This document shows positions 52,445 to 62,056 of a stretch of 64,000 bases of DNA, piece after piece; the stretch's first letter is position 1, and every line of letters begins with the position of its first letter. Both the position numbers and the translations under genes were made by a program. The stretch comes from Ginglymostoma cirratum. Lineage: Eukaryota. The notes under the pieces were generated by a model. It made no database searches. It had not been told where the DNA came from and saw nothing but the letters and a program-made list of their open reading frames with translations. The stretch is taken from positions 4,815,505 to 4,879,504 of the forward strand of contig JAHRHZ010000108.1 in assembly GCA_024137785.1 (NCBI GenBank), given 5' to 3'.

Positions 52445-53205
52445 AATATGCACATGGACACCGAGATCTCTCTGCTCATCCACACTACCAAGAATCTTAC
52501 CATTAGCCCAGTACTCTGTTTTCCGGTTACGCCTTCCAAAGTGAATCAGCTCACATTTTGCCGCATTAGACTCCATTTGCCACCTCTCAGCCCAGCACTG
52601 AAGCTTATCTTTGTCCCTCTGTAACTTGCAACATCCTTCCGCACTATCCACAACTCCACCGACTTTAGTGTCATCCTCAAATTTACTAACACATCCTTCT
52701 ATGCCCTCATCCAGGTCATTTATAAAAATGACAAACAGCAGTGGCCCCAAAACAGATCCTTGCAGTACACCACTAGTAACTGAACTCCAGAATGAACATT
52801 TCCCATCAACCACCACCCTCTGTCTTCTTACAGCTAGCCAATTTCTGATCCAAACCACTACATCACCCTCAATCCCATGCCTACCGTGGGGAACCTTATC
52901 AAACGCTTTACTGAAATCCATATACACCACATCAACCGCTTTACTCTCATCCACCAGTTTGGTCACCTTCTCAAAGAATTCAATAAGGTTTGTGAGGCAC
53001 GACCGTCCATAAAACCGCGTTGACTATCCCTAATCAAAATATCCTTTCTTGATGATTATACATCCTATCTCTTATAATCCTTTCCAACACTTTACCCACA
53101 ACCGAAGTAAGGCTCACTGGTCTATAATTACCAGGGTTGTCTCTACTCCCCTTCTTGAACAAGGGGACAGTATTTGCTATCCTCCAGTCTTCTGGCACTA
53201 TCTGA
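52445..53205 (-). mobile_element. CR1 LINE RT fragment
   Basis: ORF 52427-52966 reads VDVVYMDFSKAFDKVPH...SGVLQGSVLGPLLFVIFINDL...SKFEDDTK. Confidence 0.92.
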
Positions 53206-53879
53206 ATTTGGTCAGATTGTAATTATTCTCCTCTTAGGGGACTGGACGTAGTGGAGCAATTTTTCACATTGCCAGGTAAAAATTAGAATTAGAGCTGGAA
53301 TGAAACATCTTCCCGAAGACCATGGATTGTTGTGCAGCACATGTCTTCAGTTCTATTGCAGGAATGATGCCAGGGCCTATTGACTTTGTAGTATCTATTG
53401 TATTCAGTTGTTTCTTGATGCCATGTACAGAGAATCAAATAGGTTGAAGACAGACATCTCCGATTTTGTGGACATCATAACGAGGGTGATGTGGATTATT
53501 GAATCAACGCTACTGGCTGAGGATGGTGCAGATAATGCATCCTTGTCTTCTGCTGTGATGCAAAAGTTGTTCCATTATTTAGGATGCGAACATTTTTGGA
53601 GCCCTGTCCTCCAGTGCGTTGTTTTATACTCCATCACCACTTATGACTGGATGCGACAGGACTGCAGACCTTATATCTGAACTGTTGGCCTTGGGATCGT
53701 TTTGCCTTCAGTATCAGATACGAGACCTGCTGCTTAGAATGCAAGCAGTCGTGTGGTAGCCTTATGCTTTGTCATTATCTTGGCATGTCTATCTGTACTT
53801 GTCATGGAACCATAGATCGGCTTGATGGTGATGGTACAATGAGCGATTATCCCGGGCAAAAGTTACAGATGGTGGTTCG

Positions 53880-54338
53880 CTGTGTTTGACAGTCCCTGGC
53901 TCGCTCTGCGTGCATGTGTCTTCCTCTCACTCTGTATACCTGTCCTTCACTCTCTGTCTGCGCGTCTGTACATCTCTCGCTCTGTGTTTGCGCCCCTTGC
54001 TCACTCTGTGCACGTCCCAAGCTCGTTCTTTGTCGCTGTGTCTCGTTCACTCTATGCACTTGTCCCTCACTCACTCTGCGCGCCTCTCCTTTACACTATT
54101 CTCTCTGTCTCTTCGTGGCTTTCTCTGCATGTCTATCCCTTGCTCTCGCTGTTTGTTACTGCCCCTCATTCTCGCTCTGTGCGCCTGTCCTTCACTCTTG
54201 CTGTGGGAGCCTATCCCTCACTCGCTCCGTTTGTGTGTGAGTCTCTTGCTCGCTCTCTGTGTCTGTCCTTCGGTCACTCTGTGTGGCTGATCCTTGTTTT
54301 CTCTCCATGTGCTCGTCACTTAGTTCTTGGTTCATGTG
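53880..54338. repeat. CT/GT-rich low-complexity degenerate repeat (left flank of provirus)
   Basis: Recurring ctcactctcgctctgtg / cctgtccctcact units that continue after the 3' LTR. Confidence 0.8.
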
Positions 54339-54699
54339 TGAAAGAGTAAGTAAAGAGTTAACAGCACAACATCTCTGATAAGGAAGTGGACATTTCGACC
54401 GAACCTGGGGAGGAAACGCCCGCTGAAACAGCAAGATTCTGCGCGCAAAATACAACAGCAGCATTAACCTTCACCCGCTTTGTGAGACGCTGAGAACAGA
54501 TTAAAGAATTGTGGACATGACTTGGGGGGAGGGTGGCGAGTAACAGCAAATGTATATAAGCTTTGAAATCGTCTGTAATAGCTGAGAAGTTTGGTGAGGC
54601 CCCTTTGAGGTCCCTGCTTCTCCCAAAATCTTTTGCCAATAAAGCTGCGTCTAACTCACTCACCACAGAATTATACTTGGTAATATTTCACCTACAACA
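54339..54699 (+). repeat. ERV 5' LTR (361 bp)
   Basis: TG...CA ends, TATATAA at 54553-54559, AATAAA at 54638-54643. Homologous to 61708-62056. Confidence 0.92.
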
Positions 54700-54702
54700 A
54701 AT

Positions 54703-54720
54703 TGGCATAGCCGTCAGGAT
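54703..54720 (+). promoter_or_regulatory. Primer binding site, tRNA-Ser
   Basis: TGGCATAGCCGTCAGGAT is 15/18 identical to TGGCGTAGTCGGCAGGAT, the complement of the tRNA-Ser 3' end. It lies 3 nt after the LTR. Confidence 0.8.
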
Positions 54721-55212
54721 CCTGTCTACAGCCCGGGCAGCGTGGCCACAGCCCGGATACCGGGACAGGATACCGGACAGAAGTTAAGTGAGTTGAACCA
54801 TAGTATTCAATAACCTGTTGAGTGAGAATGTGAGACTGCAGTCGTTGGAATTGAGCAAAACGGACAAGGAGGTACCCGTCTCTAACACGCAGCCTTAGAC
54901 CGGTTGTTAAGAGGGGAAATCCCCCATCCGAAGGTCAGGACCCTGAAGTAGGTGTAGAGACTGGAGAAGAGGTACCTGGGATGTGACACTCAAACAGAAC
55001 GTGAGAGTGTAATGTTCTGAGACCACCGAGAGAAAATTGAACTAAGCGGGATACAGGGACTTGATCACTCCCACAACATGTATTGCTGGACCCCGACAGG
55101 AACGACCCCGAGTGAGACGCGGCCGGTGGGAAAACACAAGTAGGACGTGGCCGGTGGGTTAAACGCAGTCAAGAGATCGGGGGAGATCGTGAGTATAAAC
55201 CTATCATTTATC

Positions 55213-56533
55213 ATGGCGGGGAAAGACGATCAATGGGGACCCCCAGGGTCTCTAATTAGTCAATATATGACGGATAGACATTCACTCATTAAACAGATGG
55301 AAAAGGGAGAATGGGATCCGTCCCAGGCCGTAGAACAACAGCGAGATTGGCTCTTAGGACGGAAGAAAGTTAAGACTGAGAAAACCGCAGTCCTTTTAGT
55401 ACATCAATTGGCCTGCCTTATAGGGCAAATATTAGAGTCCAAGAGGAGGTGGACGGAGGAAAAAAATGATGCTAGAATCACGAATTGGGGAACTCGAAAA
55501 AAGGAACCAGTTCTTAGCAGAGGGTCAGTGGGGACCTCTGCCCCCATACCATCCCAGGAAAGGGCCCACTGCCCCAGAGGAGAGTCTGAGTGAGGAAGTT
55601 AACCTCGCCCCGGTAACCCCGGGCGGGACCCTGGCAGTCCGAACCGCTAGGCATCAGCCCTTCACACCAGGAGAAAGACAACAGATATTGGCTTCCCTGG
55701 GAAGGTTACAAACTAGAGCTCAAATGCTAAATTCTGGGCCGAATTAGACACTATTTGGGTGGGGCACCAATGACACTTAAGAGATATGCACCAACTTGTC
55801 CGAGCGGCTTGCCCGCAAGATAAATGGCGGTTAATGGGGGACAATTCTGGTCAGGCTGACGCCGCAGCCCAAGCGAAACACGATTACTGAGGCGGACGGT
55901 GGACTCATTCTGTAGAGCTAACAGCCCAGAGAGAGGCACAAGAAGAACCCTTTAACCGCTTTAAAGCCAAAGTCCAACGGGTCCTGGGAAATGCCCCCAC
56001 CAATTGGCCCAAAATCACAAACACAAAACAACAGAAGGGAGAAGGGGCATCTGAATACGGGGAACGATTGTTCAAGGTATATCAAGAATGTTCAGGGATG
56101 CCAGATACAGACAGTACTGATAGAGCATTTATACAGGCATTCAAAGATGGGTTCTCACCCGCTCACCAGGCAATGCTGAAGATGGGGGTAATTGCCACCA
56201 GAGATTATGACGAGTTGGTGGGATGGGCATCTGGAATTAAGGAAGGAATGGGAGAAAGACCCCCGCCCTCATTCGAATAAAACAAGAAAACTTAGGTGCC
56301 GTGACAAAGATAAAACCAAAATCTACTTGCCAAAACTGCGGCAAGACGGGCACTTTGCCAGGGAATGCAGAGCCCTAAAACAGAACAAAGAGAGGTCTGG
56401 ACGCACTTGCCAACATTGCAGCAAGAACGGTCACTCTGAGGACACCTGTTGGGAAAAACATGGTAAACCAACAACTGCAACTTCTGAAAAGGGAGACGGA
56501 CTGATGTCGGGCAGCCCCCACGGGCACGGGTAA
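55213..56533 (+). pseudogene. gag: ERV gag (frameshifted)
   Basis: Starts MAGKDDQW. MHR-like QQKGEGASEYGERLF. Two CCHC knuckles: CQNCGKTG/HFAREC (1-nt frameshift) and CQHCSKNGHSEDTC. Confidence 0.8.
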
Positions 56534-56539
56534 TAAGGA

Positions 56540-59500
56540 AAGTAGGATTTACGTGTCTGCACTAGTAGGGGGCAGACAATGTGAGATTCTGGTGAACACG
56601 GGAGCCTCCATATCCATCACTGACTTACCCCTGCCCACTACTAACTAAATGATCTATGTAAAGGGCATCAGCAGGCAAAAAAAAACCTCTGCATACTTGA
56701 GTGAAACCATTTTGGTGGAAATTAATAACTTTTATATACCAATGCGATTTTATTTGTGTAGAAATAACGAAGGAACTATCATAGGAAACGATTTGATGAA
56801 AGAGTATGAGGTACTAATAGATTGAGGGAAAGGCGAATTAATTTGGCCCCGTCCCGATGGGAGAAAGGAGAAAATGGGAGCCTATGCAAGCCGTTTGGAA
56901 ATTGTCCAAGCCGCATCTGCCACTGGACGTGATTGGCAATTGGAGGACAATGGGTTTGGTGCCATTTGCACCTCCGCCCCAAGGGTATGGGCAGAAACCA
57001 AACTAGATACCGGGCTAATTAAAATCGACCCCATAGCAGTAGGAGGCCCGGAACATAAACCACACCGACAGTACCCCATCAAACCGGAGGCAAGGAGGGC
57101 AGTTGTGGAAATTGTTGAAGGACTAGTGGAGAGGGGAATTCTCCAGGAAACCACGAGTACCACCAACTCCCCCACCTGGCCAGTGAGTAAACCTGATGGG
57201 AGCTACTGACTCACAATTGATTACACAGCCCTAAATAACGTCACACTGAATTTGCACCCCATCGTGGCCAGCCCTTCCACAATCTTGAATGGGCTGTCCC
57301 CGGCCCACAAAATCTTTACTGTACTGGACATTCTGGTCTATCCCACTCCATCGTGGCTCCCAAGATAAGTTCGCATTTACCGTCGGGGATAAGCAGTACA
57401 CGTGGACTCGACTACCCCAGGGATTCCATAACAGCCCGGCCATCTTTCACCGGGCCATGAGCGAAACACTCAGGGAAATCGAACTGCCCCACGGCAGCAC
57501 GATATTCCAATATGTAGATGACATCTTCCTGGCCTCAGAGTCCAAACTTGTCCACCAAGAGGCACGATACTTAGTCCTGAAACACTTGGAGGACAAGGTG
57601 TTAAAGCAAGGCCGAAGAAAGCCCAAATAGGGAAAACTCAGGTCCTGTACCTGGGACATCTGATCTCCCAAGGCACAAAAGAAATGCCTGTAGACAGGAA
57701 AACCGCCATACAACAAATGCCACGACCGTGGCAGTCGGTGGTCTGACGAAAATTTTGGGCTTGTTTAATTACTGCAGAAATTTTATCCCTGAGTATGCAA
57801 AATTGGTAGAACCAATACAGCAACTGGTAAAAAGGGAGAAACCAGCCACGGATCCCATGGATTGGGGGCCTGAACAAGATGAAGCTTATACAAAACTAAA
57901 AGCAGAATTAATGTCAGCCCCAGGACTGGGACTACCTGACGCGAGTGAAGACTTCTACATTTATTGTAATAATGAGGGAGGATTCTACTCATCGGTGGTG
58001 ACCCAGATCCATGGAGACAAACAACGACGCACAGGATACTACTCGACCGCGGAAGGACCCGTGGTGAACGGTTTACCCAGGTGTATCGCCGCCGTAGACT
58101 GTGCTGCATGGGCTGTGAGGATTAGTGAGCCAATAGTAATGACAGGGAATATTATTTTACGTACCAAACACACTTTGGTAGAAATGTTAAATACAGGGAA
58201 ATTGTGGTCCGTCTCCATCATGAGAAGGGCAAAGCGGAAAGCGGTCCTTCTACCTCCTACCAAACCTGTAATCATTTTGTGGGACTCTCGGGAGAACACA
58301 GCAGAACGCATATTAGGAGATGGTGAGCCACACGAATATGGGAATGTAGACGATGAGGTAGAAGAAAGTAGGATAAAAGATGTGCCCCTGGAGGCACCAG
58401 ACGAAATCCTGTTTGTGGACGGTTCTCAGAAATATGTACATGGGTCGCCACCAACAGGATGGGCGGTAGTTAACGCAGACCTACTAGTAGTACTAGCGGG
58501 AAAGGTAGAAGGAGTCCTATCGGCCCAGGTGGCAGAGCTAGTTGCCCTGTCCCAGGCCTTCATGGAGGAGGCAGGAAAAAGGGTTAATATTTACACTGAC
58601 AGTAGATATGCATTTGGAATTGTGCATGATTACATGACTGTTTGGGGAAGCAGGGGATTTGTTACCACAAAAGGCACCCCAATCAAACATTGACAAATAA
58701 AAGAGACCTTACTGGAGGCCAGCGAGCTCCCATCGGAAGCTGCAGTGCTGAGGGTCAAGGCCCACCAGAGGGAGCCAGACAAACAAAATCCCGAGTGCCA
58801 CATTTTTAAGGGGAACCAGGCTGCTGATAAAGCAGCTCAGTCAGCCCTGGAGACAGAGGGCATCCAACCCTTATCAGCCACATTTGCTGAGGATGGCCCC
58901 ACCATTAGTATTATCCAGCTACATGCAGACACACCTGAAGGAGAACGCGCTAGGTGGAAGGCACAAGGGGCCACACTGGACGGAAAGGGTGTCTGGAGAT
59001 TGAACGACAAGGTCATGGCCCCCGAGTGAATCCAACACACCCTCATGCAACTACACCATGGCGCGTCCCACGTGGGGTGAGATGCCATGATTACTAGCAT
59101 CAGGAAAGAATGGGGGTGGAAAGGCATGGGCAGGGACGTAGCACGATTCTGTCACCATTGCGTGACGTGTGCCCAGCACAACTCGGGCAGGCCCGTCAAG
59201 ATCAGAATGGGACACCAGCCACGCCAGAAGGGGCCCTGGGAATATATACAGATAGATTTTACGGGACCACTTCCCCAATCCCATGGAAAGACATATTGCC
59301 TGGTAATTATTGACCAATTTACCAGATGGGTAAAGGTGTATCTGACTCGGAATTGTTCAGCTAACACAGCAGCTAGGATCCTGGCTGAAGAAGTCATCTT
59401 CAGGTAGGGAGTGCCGCTCCAGATTGACTCTGATCAGGGGACCCATTTCACTGAAGGTTGGTTAAAAATCATATGCCAGCTGATGGGCATTAAACAGAAA

Positions 59501-60051
59501 TTCCACACACTCTACCATCCCCAAAGCTCGGGCATAGTGGAGCTTATGAACAGAACCCTTAAAACTTGCCTGGCGAAGGCTATGAAAGACTCTGGTAAAC
59601 AATGGACGGAGGTCCTACCTGCAATACTGATGAAACTAAGGACTACCACGAGCCGCACAATCGGATTAACCCCATACAAATTGATGGCCGGCAGAACAAT
59701 GCAACTGCCCATGTCTGTCATAACGGGGTTTCCGATGTCGGCCCACTCCGAGATAGAATATGACACTATGTGCTAGAACTAAGCGCCCAGTTGAAGGCAT
59801 TGCGCAGAACAGTGAGGGACAATCAGGAAGGACAAGATGAACAAAGGGAATTAGAGGATTGCCCCGAAGTCCCATCTGCAGGTAGCAAGGTTATGGTAAA
59901 GACCCTACGCGGGAAACCTGGGTTCACTGCCAAATGGAATGGCCCGTATGAAGTTATCATCAGTGGAGACACTTGTGCTTGCATAGATATGCGAGGGAAG
60001 GGCGTCTGGAAACATGGGTCCCAACTTAAAGAATATGCAGACGCCAATTGA
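56540..60051 (+). pseudogene. pol: ERV pro-pol (PR, RT, tether, RNase H, IN), disrupted
   Basis: PR LVNTGAS (D to N). RT QYPIKPEA, NSPTWPVSKPDGSY, WTRLPQGFHNSP, QYVDD. RNase H FVDGS, SAQVAELVAL, NIYTDSRYAFG. IN IQIDF, IDSDQGTHF, PQSSGIVE.MNRTLK, WNGPYEV. Confidence 0.93.
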
Positions 60052-60206
60052 GATCCAAAATAATATGTTTTATTCACAGAACGACCCTCTGATAGACCTT
60101 CAAGCAAGCTGATCAGGAGCGCGGGAAGTCCCACGCGGGCAGTATAGCCTTTGGAACATTGTTAACATAGAGTGATAAGATACAGTTTCACCATTTGGAT
60201 TTAAAC

Positions 60207-61659
60207 ATGTCCAAGATGATATACGTGGTCGCGGTGTTCTGTATTGTCATGATTTCAGGGGTATCGGGATTAGAGGATAACTTGTTTTACAAGACCCACG
60301 TACATCTACACGGTAATCGGACTGTGTGTTACCCACTTGCCCAGTCAGTCGAGGTGTTGTTTATAGCCACCCCTGGATGGACCCCCTTTGACCTATATAT
60401 GACAGATACGTTAGAGGCACCCTGTGTGGGCCAAACTGGTACATACCGACGACGTAAACGAGGGAGATGTGTAGAGCTGATAAACTCAAGTAGGATACAG
60501 TCCCCCAATTCTACAGGAACTCGGGAAACGAACGGCACAACATGTTCGAACCCGTTAAATTACCCTCTTTGCTTCTCAGGGCAGGGATGGGGGTGCACAT
60601 ACGCTCTAGTCCCCAAGAACGCCTCCTGTGTTCAGACCCAGTGCTCCCGCCAACATTGCCAAGTGAACAAAGGCCTCTTTCAGTGCACTTGTTATGAGCA
60701 AATATGTCTGAACGTAGCTGCAGGTGGACAGTTTATTTGTGGACAGTGCAACGGGACACATGTTAGTTCAGCCACCTGGACGTATCCATTTGATACTTAC
60801 CAAATGGTGGGGTCAGGCGGAAACTCCAGACAGCCAAGGAACTGGTGGTACAAACAGTTCATGCAGAAAAATAATCAGGAGGTCAAATGCTATCGAGACA
60901 AGAAAGGCTTTGTGTTCCTCCTCCATGGGACCTTCACAACAGCCACACCAACCCTCCCAGTCCTCTTCACAGTGTGGACAATGGGACCGTTTACTGTCCC
61001 ATGCCCCCAGAGAGAACACACCCGTAGGAAGATAGTGACCCGAGCCATGAGCGAAAAATCTGTGCAGACTGGAAGGACCCGGTAACACTGGGGTCCTCAC
61101 TTGGCTACGGGTTACTCGGGGCCCTGTCTCTTGGGGGAGCAGCGGGAGTCATTAGTGCCAAGAATAGGAACTACCTCGTCTGTGGACTGACTATCCTGGG
61201 AAATAGCACGGCAAAGGGGTTGGATGCTATAAATCGAGAACTTTCCGAGTTAAGACTCTATGTGCAGCAGACCCGGTATGCCGTCGATTACCAGTTAGCC
61301 CAGCAGGGCGGAGCGTGCACGATAGTCGGGGACAAGTGTATAACACATTTTACGGATGAATCCTATAACGTCAACCAAGCCCTTAGTGACATAAGGAAGC
61401 AGCTTGATGGCATCAGGCAAGGACCCAAAAAAGGGGGCGGTTGACTCGAATGTTTCCGAGGTGGATCTTGGGGGACATACCGACTGCATGCTCTGATTAT
61501 ACTGATTATAATCTTTCTTGCTGTGTTGTTATGGCCGTCTTTAATCCGTGCTGTAAAATTTTAACTGCGAGAATTATGTCAGGTGCAAGTGCGCGCACCG
61601 ATAAGACTGTTGAGCGCCCCTTGATGGGTGACACGGAGACACTGAAAATATGGCTGTAA
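60207..61659 (+). pseudogene. env: ERV env (signal peptide, Cys-rich SU, TM), disrupted by about two frameshifts and one stop
   Basis: Signal peptide MSKMIYVVAVFCIVMISGVSG. TM heptad and ISD-like ELSELRLYVQQTRYAVDYQLAQQGGACTIVGDKC. Hydrophobic anchor ALIILIIIFL at ~61490. Confidence 0.88.
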
Positions 61660-61697
61660 GTGGTCTAGAGGCCATGAGTACTCATGACTCTGACCAC

Positions 61698-61706
61698 AAG
61701 GGGGAA
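61698..61706 (+). promoter_or_regulatory. Polypurine tract
   Basis: AAGGGGGAA immediately before the 3' LTR. Confidence 0.8.
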
Positions 61707-61707
61707 C

Positions 61708-62056
61708 TAAAGAAGTAAGTGAAGAGGTAACAACACAACAAATCTGTTAAGGAAGTGAACTTTTAGACCGAACCTGGGGAGGACACATCTGCTGAAACAG
61801 CAAGATCCTGCGCGCGAAAAACAACAGCAGCACTAACCTTCACCTGCTTTGTGAGACGCCTGGATCAGATTAAAGAACTGTGAACATGACCTGGGGGAGG
61901 GTGGCGAGTAGCAGCAAATGTATATAAGCTTTGAAATCGTCTGTAATAGCTGAGAAGTTTGGTGTGGTCCCTGCTTCTCCCAAAATCTTTTGTGAATAAA
62001 CCTGTGTCTGACTCACTCACCACAGAATTATACTTGGTAATATTTTACCTAAAACA
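61708..62056 (+). repeat. ERV 3' LTR (349 bp)
   Basis: Colinear with the 5' LTR apart from an ~11-bp deletion. AATAAA at 61995-62000; ends ...AAAACA. Confidence 0.92.

Larger units (their letters stand above)
54339..62056 (+). mobile_element. Full-length defective endogenous retrovirus (LTR-gag-pro-pol-env-LTR)
   Basis: Two homologous LTRs, PBS, PPT and all retroviral domains in canonical order, broken by stops and frameshifts. Confidence 0.95.

Noticed and set aside
60195-61085. Domesticated (syncytin-like) env
   Set aside because: SU is open, but TM carries a frameshift, a TGA at 61442 and a further shift near the anchor, similar to the decay in pol. A secreted SU cannot be excluded but has no support.
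54339-62056. Lokiretrovirus or foamy virus assignment for the provirus
   Set aside because: The TM has an ISD/CX6C-type ectodomain rather than a paramyxo/pneumovirus F-like protein. Gag has CCHC knuckles, the LTRs are short, and no accessory ORFs are seen, unlike foamy viruses.
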